DNA of 64,000 nucleotides, from contig NZRO01000025.1 in the NCBI GenBank assembly GCA_002696275.1, positions 108,670-172,669 of the forward strand, read 5' to 3'. The notes under the pieces are model-generated. The model did no database searches. It had not been told where the DNA came from and saw only the letters and a program-made list of their open reading frames with translations. Position numbers and translations under genes: made by a program. The DNA is from Flavobacteriales bacterium (GTDB lineage Bacteria; Bacteroidota; Bacteroidia; Flavobacteriales; BACL11). This document shows positions 19,301 through 27,244 of this stretch, in pieces; within the stretch, counting starts at the first letter, position 1, and every line of letters begins with the position of its first letter.

Positions 19301-19696
19301 CAAAAACAACAACAAATAAGACAAAGACTTCAAGAAATTAGAGATGAGATAGGCGAAAGTGGAGAAAAAGGTAATATTGATAGAATTTTAGAGAAGATGG
19401 AAGAAAATGAGATAGATATTTTAAATAACAAAATTAGTAATGAATCCTTATTAAGGCAGGAAGAAATTCTTACTAGATTATTGGAAGCTGAAGAGTCTCA
19501 AAAAGAAAGGGGGGAGGAAGAAAAAAGAGAGTCTATAGAGTGGAATTATGAAATAAAAAACAATAATTCAGAATATTTGGAATATATACAAAAAAAGAAA
19601 GAACAAGAAGAATTGCTTAAGACTACTCCTTTACAATTAAACCCATTTTATAAAGAAAAGGTCAATAGATATTTTAATACTATTTCAGAAAAATAA
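16391..19696 (+). CDS. DUF4175-like giant membrane-anchored coiled-coil protein
   Basis: About 1100 aa with N-terminal TM helices, a beta-rich middle and a ~600-aa K/E-rich coiled coil. Its position between gltX and ybeY matches what I recall for DUF4175 proteins in Flavobacteriia. The start is set at the first ATG after the promoter, because the track start at 16352 is a TTG. Confidence 0.6.
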   Translation: MKESENNLLFDKLNRFINKYYKNKILKGLIFLLSSLLIFLLFFSFIEYFSRLSSFGRGVLFWIYCSLNLIILIKFIVVPLTQLLRIGKTISFSDAAKIIGRHFPEIDDKILNILQLNELSDSDNLLIQASITQKTESIQSFSFSNSINFKENKKHLKWIAVPSLLIFLFFITGNKHIITASSARIVDHNTEYDLEAPFKFIINNKKLEIIQQEDFELDIDVEGSKIPNNIYIEIENNRFSLKKNDFTNFRFLFKNVVSDINFKLYADGFYSESFCLKTIQKPNILEFNTILHYPAYTKKKNEILSNIGDLIIPEGTIVSWGFEFKNTDSLYFLYKNKLEKHKVINDSISIQKTLLEDETYFVSVSNENIKSTYTQYDIQVLIDEFPNINLEANLDSANNILYFEGIVSDDYAISKLEFNYEIIRNDTSLKINENLIVNHTSSENYYHFLDIQNLNLAPSDEINYYFEVWDNDKVNGHKSKKSFIGKHKELSEDKLKEQRDEESKKVKNGMDKSIELAKAIEKDIEELKKSLIEKKSLGWEERKKAENIIKKHKNLENQIQKNNIKNYKKNLTNEKLNTSILKKQKQLEDLMDKVLDDESKKLMQELQDLLEEMNKKEMKDVLDRIDQENTDLEKELDRNLELYKELEFEQKLEETIEKIENIKERQIELKKETEDKNSNTEDLSKIQDKLQKDFQKLEEEIKNLEKKNSDLEDKKNLPKTEEEQKQASKSMEESKSSLDKKQKNKSSKKQEKVIEKLEEISEKMAGLQSSCSNDKPMENMETLRQILENLITLSFNQEELIHNISSIPKNSTNIVKYIKEQKKLSENSKIIEDSLFALSKRVIQIESLINKEISAINYNIDKSISLLEERKVNQGLSKQQFTMTSVNNLALLLSETLKQMQMDMANKTPGSKQCNKPGSSSKPSLKELKKMQESLKNEMKGKSGNEGEKGKKKGENKSEEGESRRLMQMAQKQQQIRQRLQEIRDEIGESGEKGNIDRILEKMEENEIDILNNKISNESLLRQEEILTRLLEAEESQKERGEEEKRESIEWNYEIKNNNSEYLEYIQKKKEQEELLKTTPLQLNPFYKEKVNRYFNTISEK

Positions 19697-20109
19697 TGAT
19701 AGAATTTCATTGGAAAATTAAGTTTAAATTAAAAAATCAGAAGGAATTACAAAAATGGATTGAACTGGTAATAATTTCTGAAAACAAAACTCTAGGCGAT
19801 TTAAATTATATTTTTTGTTCTGACGAATATTTGTTGGAAAGAAACATAAAATACCTAAAACAGAACACTCTTACAGATATAATTACCTTTAATTATTGTG
19901 AAGGAAGGATCATTAACTCAGATATTATGATAAGTATTGATAGGATTAAAGAAAATTCGATTATTTTTGAAAATTCTTTTTCAGATGAGTTACACAGAGT
20001 TATGATTCATGGGGTACTACACCTAATTGGTTATGACGACCAAACCACAGAGGAAAAGAAAATAATGAGAGAAAAAGAGAATTTTTATTTAAAAAAATTA
20101 TGTATTTGA
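19696..20109 (+). CDS. ybeY: rRNA maturation RNase YbeY
   Basis: 137 aa with the zinc motif HGVLHLIGYDD (H..H.....[HD]). Its ATG overlaps the upstream TAA (TAATG). Confidence 0.9.
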   Translation: MIEFHWKIKFKLKNQKELQKWIELVIISENKTLGDLNYIFCSDEYLLERNIKYLKQNTLTDIITFNYCEGRIINSDIMISIDRIKENSIIFENSFSDELHRVMIHGVLHLIGYDDQTTEEKKIMREKENFYLKKLCI

Positions 20110-20153
20110 TTGATTGTTAATTATTTATGTAATTTGTTTCATGTGGAACAATT

Positions 20154-22025
20154 ATGATTTTAGAGGAAAAATATGATTTAATAGTAGTAGGTGGTGGTCA
20201 CGCCGGCTGTGAAGCCGCTAACGCCGCGGCAACCTTGGGTTCAAAAACATTATTGGTTACTCAAAGCCTAGAAACTATCGCTAGAATGTCTTGTAATCCG
20301 GCAATGGGAGGCATAGCTAAGGGTCAAATTATACGAGAAATTGATGCTTTAGGAGGTTATTCCGGAATAGTTACCGATGAATCTTCTATTCAATTCAGAA
20401 TGCTGAACAGGTCTAAAGGTCCGGCAATGTGGAGCCCAAGAGCTCAATGCGACAGGAAGGTGTTTGAACAAAAATGGAGGGAAAAACTGGAGTCTAATCC
20501 AAATATAGATTTTTGGCAAGACATGGTATACGAACTACTGATTGAAGGCAATAAGACTGTTGGAATTATTACTAAAATGGGGGTTAAAATACATTCAAAA
20601 TCAGTGGTATTATGCAGCGGAACGTTTATGAATGGTCTTATTCATTTAGGGGAAAAGAATTATGCTGGGGGGAGGTCAGGAGAACCAAACTCTAGAGGCA
20701 TAACTAAGCAACTGATGGAGTTAGGTTTTACACACGGAAGAATGAAAACAGGGACCCCTCCCAGACTAGACGGAAGAACCATAGACTACTCAAAAACTGA
20801 AGAGCAGTCCGGAGACATAAATCCGGAAAAGTTTTCATATACAGAAACAAGTTCTTTAAGTTCAGATCATAGTTGTTATATCACATACACATCAGAGGAG
20901 GTTCACGAAATACTTAAAGAAGGTTTTGAAAAGTCACCAATGTTTACAGGTAGAATAAAAGGGTTGGGGCCAAGATACTGCCCTTCTATTGAAGATAAAA
21001 TAGAAAGATTTTCTGATAAAAACAGGCATCAACTATTTATTGAGCCAGAGGGTGTTAATACTGTAGAAATATATTTAAATGGGTTTTCTACCTCACTACC
21101 TGAAGATGTACAACTTAAAGCGTTAAGAAAAATAAAAGGATTGGAAAATGTAAAAATGTTTAGAGCGGGATACGCAATAGAGTACGACTACTTTCCTCCA
21201 ACGCAATTAAAACACACTCTAGAGACAAAACTTATAGAAAACCTATATTTTTCAGGGCAAATAAACGGAACAACTGGATATGAAGAGGCAGCGTGTCAGG
21301 GCTTAATTGCCGGAATCAATGCGCATCAGAAAAACTATAATAAAGAAGAATTCATCTTGAGTAGATCTGAGGCGTATATTGGCGTGTTAATTGATGATCT
21401 TATAACTAAAGGTACAGAAGAGCCGTATAGAATGTTTACCTCTAGAGCGGAGTATAGATTATTGTTGAGACAAGATAATGCAGACATACGATTAACTGAG
21501 AAGGGTTATGAATTAGGGCTAGCAAATAAAAAAAGGTTGAAAAATTTAAAAACAAAAATAGAGAAAAGTATTTTACTTACTTCTTTTCTAGAAAAACAGA
21601 GTGTTAGTCCAGTGGAGGCTAACAAAATTCTAGAGGAAAAGGGAAGCTCTTTGTTGAAACAAAAGGTTAAATTAAAAAGTATTTTAGCTAGACCTCATAT
21701 TTGGATGGAGGATTTGCTTATGTTAGTAAGCCTGAAGTCGTTTATAGAAAAAAACAACATAAAAGAGGACTCAATAACTCAAACAGAAATAGAAATAAAA
21801 TATAGCGGGTACATAAATAGGGAAAGGGACAATGCTGAGAAACTTACTAAACTAGAAAAAATAACTATTCCTGAAAATTTTGATTATACTAAACTACATT
21901 CGGTTTCTGCAGAGGGAAGGGAAAAATTAAATGAAATAAAACCAAAAACAATAGGGCAAGCCTCTAGAATTAGCGGCGTTTCTCCATCAGACATAAATGT
22001 ATTGTTAATATATATAGGTAGGTGA
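20154..22025 (+). CDS. mnmG: tRNA uridine 5-carboxymethylaminomethyl modification enzyme MnmG
   Basis: 623 aa. FAD motif VVGGGHAGCEAA, SCNPAMGG, GPRYCPSIEDK, and the C-terminal GQASRISGVSPSDI. Confidence 0.95.
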   Translation: MILEEKYDLIVVGGGHAGCEAANAAATLGSKTLLVTQSLETIARMSCNPAMGGIAKGQIIREIDALGGYSGIVTDESSIQFRMLNRSKGPAMWSPRAQCDRKVFEQKWREKLESNPNIDFWQDMVYELLIEGNKTVGIITKMGVKIHSKSVVLCSGTFMNGLIHLGEKNYAGGRSGEPNSRGITKQLMELGFTHGRMKTGTPPRLDGRTIDYSKTEEQSGDINPEKFSYTETSSLSSDHSCYITYTSEEVHEILKEGFEKSPMFTGRIKGLGPRYCPSIEDKIERFSDKNRHQLFIEPEGVNTVEIYLNGFSTSLPEDVQLKALRKIKGLENVKMFRAGYAIEYDYFPPTQLKHTLETKLIENLYFSGQINGTTGYEEAACQGLIAGINAHQKNYNKEEFILSRSEAYIGVLIDDLITKGTEEPYRMFTSRAEYRLLLRQDNADIRLTEKGYELGLANKKRLKNLKTKIEKSILLTSFLEKQSVSPVEANKILEEKGSSLLKQKVKLKSILARPHIWMEDLLMLVSLKSFIEKNNIKEDSITQTEIEIKYSGYINRERDNAEKLTKLEKITIPENFDYTKLHSVSAEGREKLNEIKPKTIGQASRISGVSPSDINVLLIYIGR

Positions 22026-22909
22026 TGGAAGTCGTTAAATATTGTCATATCTGTGGTTCAAGTTCGTTTGAAACTCATATAGTAAGTAAAGACTTTTCAG
22101 TTAGTAAAGAGGACTTTACAATTGTCAAATGTAAAGGTTGTAACTTTCACTTCACCAACCCAAGACCTAGCGTTAAAGAACTTGCGAAGTATTATATTTC
22201 AGATCATTATATATCTCATAACAACACCAGTAAAAATCTTTTTGAAAAAACATATCAACTAGTAAGAAAAATTACAATTAGAACAAAATATAATCTAGTT
22301 TCTGATTTTTTTAAGAGTGGAAGAATTCTAGATATTGGATGCGGAACAGGAGACTTCTTACATAAGTGTAATAAGAAAAACTGGAAAACGAAGGGAATTG
22401 AGCCGAGTGCAGTTGCAAGGAAACAAGCAGTTGAAAATCATAATTTAGATGTAGAAGAATCTACGGATTTAAGAAAATTAAATGGCGAGTTTGATATAAT
22501 TACAATGTGGCATGTACTAGAACACGTAACTGAATTAAACAATACGGTTTCAGAAATAAGAAAATTACTATCTGCAGATGGAAAAGCAATAATTGCCGTT
22601 CCAAACCTAGAAAGTTTTGACTCCTATTATTATAAAAAATTCTGGGCTGCATATGACCTGCCTATTCATTTGTATCATTTTTCTAAAACAAGTATCACTA
22701 AACTTTTTGAAAAGCATGGATTTAGTTTGAAAAAAACAAAAGGTATGAAATTTGATTCGTTTTATGTATCAATGTTGAGCGAAGAGCACAAGACAGGAAA
22801 TAAAAACTTTTTAAAATCCATAATTATAGGGTCTATTTCTAATTTTTTTGGAATTTTTACAAAAAGAGGTTTTTCGAGCACCATTTATGTCTTTGAAAAG
22901 ACAAAATAA
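22025..22909 (+). CDS. class I SAM-dependent methyltransferase with an N-terminal zinc ribbon
   Basis: CHICG...CKGC (CxxC-x23-CxxC) is followed by motif I ILDIGCGTGDF and post-I/II motifs. Its ATG overlaps the mnmG TGA (TGATG). Confidence 0.8.
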   Translation: MEVVKYCHICGSSSFETHIVSKDFSVSKEDFTIVKCKGCNFHFTNPRPSVKELAKYYISDHYISHNNTSKNLFEKTYQLVRKITIRTKYNLVSDFFKSGRILDIGCGTGDFLHKCNKKNWKTKGIEPSAVARKQAVENHNLDVEESTDLRKLNGEFDIITMWHVLEHVTELNNTVSEIRKLLSADGKAIIAVPNLESFDSYYYKKFWAAYDLPIHLYHFSKTSITKLFEKHGFSLKKTKGMKFDSFYVSMLSEEHKTGNKNFLKSIIIGSISNFFGIFTKRGFSSTIYVFEKTK

Positions 22910-23049
22910 TCCATCAGAAAGCTTCTAAACGATTATTTTCACATTCTGGACACTAAGTCTCTATTTTTTGAGTTCTTTAAAATAATGGGTTTTTTTATTT
23001 GTCTGGTTTTCAGAGCTTTAAGCGCAATTAGTTAAAATAACATTTTTTG

Positions 23050-23057
23050 TAGTTTTG
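23050..23057 (+). promoter_or_regulatory. -7 box TAGTTTTG for the secreted-protein pair 23075-24640
   Basis: Perfect TAnnTTTG match 17 nt upstream of the ATG at 23075. Confidence 0.55.
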
Positions 23058-23074
23058 TATATAATTGCATTTCT

Positions 23075-24088
23075 ATGAAAAAATTTGCGGTTTTAATTTT
23101 ATGTTCTCTGATTAGTTCTCTGCTAAAGTCCCAATGTTTAAACGCAGACAGCTTGATCGCGACAAACATTACACATATAAACGCTCAGGCAAATTGGGCC
23201 CCAGCTCCTAATGCTCACCATTATCTAATTCATTATAGGGAAGTAGGAACATCAAATTGGAGTAATTTGGGAAATATTGACTCTACTATGACAAGTAGAA
23301 ATATTCCTCAGTTGCAACAGTTAACAACCTACGAATGGCAAATTAAAACATTTTGTGACTCAACAAATCAACCGAATTCAGGGTGGTCATACTCAGACAC
23401 ATTCACAACATCAGCCTTTATCCCATCACAATTTAACCCAAGCATATTACCTATTATTGCTAATTCTACATGTGGTCAGAATACTGCTTTTTCAATTATA
23501 GCACAACAACTACAGAACGAACCCGATATATCAACCTCGGTATTTTATTCTAACAAGGGTCAGTTTGAAATGAACAAAATTAGTAATGGAGACACGCTGG
23601 GAAACGCTTCTTACAGTAGTCCAGCAATAAGTTTCAGCTCATTATTAGTATTAGATTTTAAACTCGGTCCTAACTACGCGAAAATAGATATGATTGATTC
23701 TTTAGGAGATGTTGTTGGTTTTTTTGTAATAGAAAATCTGTCAAGTGGGATAAAAGTTACAACTATAGGTCCAAACGATGGAAATAATTATACAAATGGG
23801 TATGTTAGTCAAATAAACTTTACAGATTTATTTGTAAACCCAAGTGAAGAAGGCCCAATCATATTTACCGCTGATATAAACTCCGAGACGGGAGACACTT
23901 TACAGAAAATTGATTCCTCAATTGTAATTAGCTGTCCTCAAACAGGTATAAAAAAACCTGATAAAGAAACTAAACTTATAACGATCTTAGATCTTTTAGG
24001 AAAAGAAGCCAAAAAAAGTTCAAATAAAATACTCTTGTACATTTATAGTGACGGTACTATAGAGAAAAGGTTATATATAAAAAATTAA
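23075..24088 (+). CDS. secreted protein with an N-terminal fibronectin-III-like domain and a short shared C-terminal tail
   Basis: 337 aa. It has a signal peptide (MKKFAVLILCSLISSLLKSQ) and an FN3-like pattern (ANWAPAPNAHHYLIHYREVGTSNW...TTYEWQIKTFC...WSYSDTFTT). The last 37 aa are LITILDLLGKEAKKSSNKILLYIYSDGTIEKRLYIKN. Confidence 0.5.
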   Translation: MKKFAVLILCSLISSLLKSQCLNADSLIATNITHINAQANWAPAPNAHHYLIHYREVGTSNWSNLGNIDSTMTSRNIPQLQQLTTYEWQIKTFCDSTNQPNSGWSYSDTFTTSAFIPSQFNPSILPIIANSTCGQNTAFSIIAQQLQNEPDISTSVFYSNKGQFEMNKISNGDTLGNASYSSPAISFSSLLVLDFKLGPNYAKIDMIDSLGDVVGFFVIENLSSGIKVTTIGPNDGNNYTNGYVSQINFTDLFVNPSEEGPIIFTADINSETGDTLQKIDSSIVISCPQTGIKKPDKETKLITILDLLGKEAKKSSNKILLYIYSDGTIEKRLYIKN

Positions 24089-24094
24089 ATTGAC

Positions 24095-24640
24095 ATGAAA
24101 AAAACATTACTAATTTTAATGTTACCAAGCTATTTGTTCTCTCAAACACACTCTGTTGATAACAATGTATTATTTATGAGTGGAAATGATGTTAATTCTG
24201 ACATAGCAATTAACACATTTTATAATTCAATAGACACGTGTGACATTAGCTGGAACATTATATACGATTCATTGCCGACAAATTGGGAGTTCTCAATATG
24301 TTTTCCAGATTGTAACAACATTGGAATTGTTAGTGGATCAGGCCTCTTTTTTCCTAATGAGAAATCATATCTAAATTGTCATATGTATCCAAATGGCGCT
24401 TTCGGAGAAGGTGTGGTACAAATGGAGATTGTTACAAATAACATGTATCGAGACACTATTACATGGTATGGTCAGGTTAAACTTGCTTCAAACACAGAAG
24501 GCCTAAACCCCGCAAGTGCTTATCATAAATTAATAAAAATTACTGATGTTTATGGGAGGGATGTTACTGATTACAATAACAAATTATTGCTTTACATATA
24601 TAGTAATGGTAAAGTTGAAAAGAAAATTAATTTGAGGTAA
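24095..24640 (+). CDS. small secreted protein with the same short C-terminal tail
   Basis: 181 aa. It has a signal peptide (MKKTLLILMLPSYLFSQ) and a Cys-containing beta-rich body. The last 36 aa are LIKITDVYGRDVTDYNNKLLLYIYSNGKVEKKINLR. The gap to the upstream gene is 6 nt. Confidence 0.45.
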   Translation: MKKTLLILMLPSYLFSQTHSVDNNVLFMSGNDVNSDIAINTFYNSIDTCDISWNIIYDSLPTNWEFSICFPDCNNIGIVSGSGLFFPNEKSYLNCHMYPNGAFGEGVVQMEIVTNNMYRDTITWYGQVKLASNTEGLNPASAYHKLIKITDVYGRDVTDYNNKLLLYIYSNGKVEKKINLR

Positions 24641-24775
24641 ATGTTAACACACCATTATAGTGAGGACACGGTTGAGAGAAAATAATTATTGAAAGTAAAA
24701 ACAAAATCTGATAGGTGATTTTATTTATAACTAGGTCCTTAGGCACTAATTAGAACTTTTTAGAAAATTACTAGA

Positions 24776-24783
24776 TACTTTTG
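24776..24783 (+). promoter_or_regulatory. -7 box TACTTTTG for the 24788-27157 gene pair
   Basis: Perfect TAnnTTTG match ending 4 nt before the ATG at 24788. Confidence 0.55.
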
Positions 24784-24787
24784 CATC

Positions 24788-26164
24788 ATGAAAAATTCCT
24801 TAATTTATTTATTATTTTTATTGATCCCTTACACTACATTTTGTCAATTAGTTCCAAACAATACTAATTACAATCAAGATATTGTATGGAAAAATGTTTT
24901 TACTAATGGCCCCGCAGGCAAAGTAAATAGAGGTTTAGTTGATCTAGATGGTAATTGCGCAGTTATTTTTATGCCACCAAATATGTCTAGAATACATAAA
25001 ATAAATGGTGCTGACGGGCAATTAATATGGACAAAAGCGATAAGCAATACTGTTGGTTTTGGGATTACAGAAATTTATGATTCTGGAAGAGTAGATTATA
25101 TTGTTTCAGGAGGAGCGGGGCCTTCACAAGAACGATGGATAGCAAGGCTAAATGGAGATGACGGTTCGGTTATTTGGGATAAAACATATAATTATTCTGG
25201 AAGCACTAATGAATTTGATGGTGTTCGAATGACAATAATTGGTTCAGATGGATATATCTATGCCTCGGGCTTTATTGGGGGCGATGAGTCGGGTACTATA
25301 TTTATTGTGTACGCGGGACAGTCGGTTGTCATGAAAATTGATCCATCAGATGGAAGTGAGATATGGACTAATATAAATCCAAATTCTGAATATTCAATAG
25401 CTTTAGTTGAGTCGTCAGATAATTATATCTATTCTGCGGGTACTAGATGGGATGAGGATTTGAGTGTGACTAAAATAGATAAATTTGGGAATAGACTATG
25501 GACGGAAGATATTGCTAACACATCAGATATTATTCCTGCGGATTTATGTATTTCAAATGATGATATTATTTATTATGGAGGACACAAAGGAAGATCTGGG
25601 GCTGGTGATCCTTTTGATTATTCTTGTCTTAGTGTTGACACAAACATGAATGTAAATTGGATAAAACATTATGCTAATCCAAGGGGGTATAGCTTAAACC
25701 ATATAAGAAATGAGTTATATGGAATCAAGGCTGGAACAGATGGTATATATATGTTTGGAGGAACTGGAGATGAAGGAAGTTATAGCGCGACAAATTCTCC
25801 TTTTCTTTCATCTGATATATGGAATGGATGGGTGCTTTCAGTTGATCAAAATGGTGATATTTTAAAAAGTGATATATACTGTCATGATCAAGTAAATACC
25901 GCAACTGAATATGGAGCGCTTATAGACAACGGATATGTAATATTTAATGATACCGATGCTCAAGGAGATGAAGAGGTTGGTGTTATGAAAATTATTAATG
26001 GTAGTAATAGTCCAACTTCATTGAAAGATAACCTGTGTGAAATCCGAAACCCTCTGATTAAAATTGTTGATTTATTAGGTCGCGAAACAAAAGAGACAGG
26101 GAATCAACCCTTATTTTATATCTATGATGACGGAACTGTAGAGAAGAAAATTATCATTGAATAA
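24788..26164 (+). CDS. secreted beta-propeller-like repeat protein with the same short C-terminal tail
   Basis: 458 aa with a signal peptide. It has repeated xDGxxIW-type blades (INGADGQLIWTK, LNGDDGSVIWDK, IDPSDGSEIWTN, IDKFGNRLWTE), as in PQQ/BamB-like propellers. The last 36 aa are LIKIVDLLGRETKETGNQPLFYIYDDGTVEKKIIIE. Confidence 0.5.
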   Translation: MKNSLIYLLFLLIPYTTFCQLVPNNTNYNQDIVWKNVFTNGPAGKVNRGLVDLDGNCAVIFMPPNMSRIHKINGADGQLIWTKAISNTVGFGITEIYDSGRVDYIVSGGAGPSQERWIARLNGDDGSVIWDKTYNYSGSTNEFDGVRMTIIGSDGYIYASGFIGGDESGTIFIVYAGQSVVMKIDPSDGSEIWTNINPNSEYSIALVESSDNYIYSAGTRWDEDLSVTKIDKFGNRLWTEDIANTSDIIPADLCISNDDIIYYGGHKGRSGAGDPFDYSCLSVDTNMNVNWIKHYANPRGYSLNHIRNELYGIKAGTDGIYMFGGTGDEGSYSATNSPFLSSDIWNGWVLSVDQNGDILKSDIYCHDQVNTATEYGALIDNGYVIFNDTDAQGDEEVGVMKIINGSNSPTSLKDNLCEIRNPLIKIVDLLGRETKETGNQPLFYIYDDGTVEKKIIIE

Positions 26165-27157
26165 ATGAAAAAAATACTAATACTACTATTGTTCCCCATA
26201 TTAGTTGTTTCTCAAACTAATAAAGAAAGTGTTCAAGATGAAAATATATTTACTATGTTTTATAATGTGGAAAATCTGTTTGACACTATTAATAATGCCA
26301 CTACAAAAGATGATGAATTTCTTCCAACCGGTAAAAAAAAATGGAACACATACAGATATAATCATAAAATAAATCAATTATCAAAAGTGTTTTCTAGTAT
26401 AATTCAAGATGAAAATGACAATAAAATGCCGGATATTATTGGTTTATGTGAAGTTGAAAATAAACAAGTAATCGATGACCTTTTAAAAACTCCAATTTTT
26501 AGTAATTATAATTTCACGATTATTCATCAAGATAGTCCTGATAGTCGAGGGATAGATTGCGCCCTATTGTTTAATAATCAATTTCAGTTATTAAAATATG
26601 ATTTTATTTTAATTGATAATCCAGAGATAAAGAAACCGACTAGAGATATTGTATATGTTAAGTTAAAAATAAAGAATAAGGTTATAAATTTTTTTGTGAA
26701 TCATTGGCCATCAAGATGGGGGGGACAAGAGGAAACAAATTATAAAAGAGTATTTGTTGCAAAAGTTCTTAGAAAATATATTGACATAAATGTTTCTGAG
26801 GATGAATATACTATAATAATGGGAGATTTTAACGATTATCCAACTAATGAAAGTTTATCAGAAGTTTTAGTTGGAGATAATTTAATTAATTTAATGACTA
26901 CAGATTTTATTTTACAGAAGGGGTCTTATAATTATAAAGGATCGTGGAATTGGTTAGATCAGATTATTATTTCTAAGAATTTTCTTGATTCTGATGTGAA
27001 AATATTTTCTGCTGGGGCGTTCCAGAAAGATTTTATGCTTTACACAAACAAAAAAGAGGAAGTGTACCCTAGTAGAACATTTGGTGGGAACAACTGGTAT
27101 GGTGGTTTCTCTGATCATCTTCCCGTTTATTATCGGTTTAGTCTCACATCTGATTGA
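26165..27157 (+). CDS. secreted endonuclease/exonuclease/phosphatase (EEP) family protein
   Basis: 330 aa with a signal peptide (MKKILILLLFPILVVSQ). EEP motifs are present: YNVENLFD, GLCEVEN, GDFND, SDHLPV. The ATG directly follows the upstream TAA with a 0-nt gap. Confidence 0.8.
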   Translation: MKKILILLLFPILVVSQTNKESVQDENIFTMFYNVENLFDTINNATTKDDEFLPTGKKKWNTYRYNHKINQLSKVFSSIIQDENDNKMPDIIGLCEVENKQVIDDLLKTPIFSNYNFTIIHQDSPDSRGIDCALLFNNQFQLLKYDFILIDNPEIKKPTRDIVYVKLKIKNKVINFFVNHWPSRWGGQEETNYKRVFVAKVLRKYIDINVSEDEYTIIMGDFNDYPTNESLSEVLVGDNLINLMTTDFILQKGSYNYKGSWNWLDQIIISKNFLDSDVKIFSAGAFQKDFMLYTNKKEEVYPSRTFGGNNWYGGFSDHLPVYYRFSLTSD

Positions 27158-27244
27158 TTATAAATGTCGCTTTTAGAAAATAAATAATTACTCGGGCAAT
27201 CTTAAATATTTATATTCTTGAAAACCAAAAAGAACGCTTTTATA

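Noticed and set aside
17870-19620. Highly repetitive-looking A/G-rich DNA that might be a tandem repeat or CRISPR-like array.
   Set aside because: It is a continuous open reading frame encoding K/E-rich coiled coil. It has no regular repeat-spacer periodicity and no exact DNA repeats.
22985-23035. A 16-aa hydrophobic micro-ORF (MGFFICLVFRALSAIS) in the 165-bp spacer upstream of the cassette, and a 20-aa ORF starting at 28147.
   Set aside because: They are too short to distinguish from chance in AT-rich DNA, and neither has a promoter box or any conservation evidence available.
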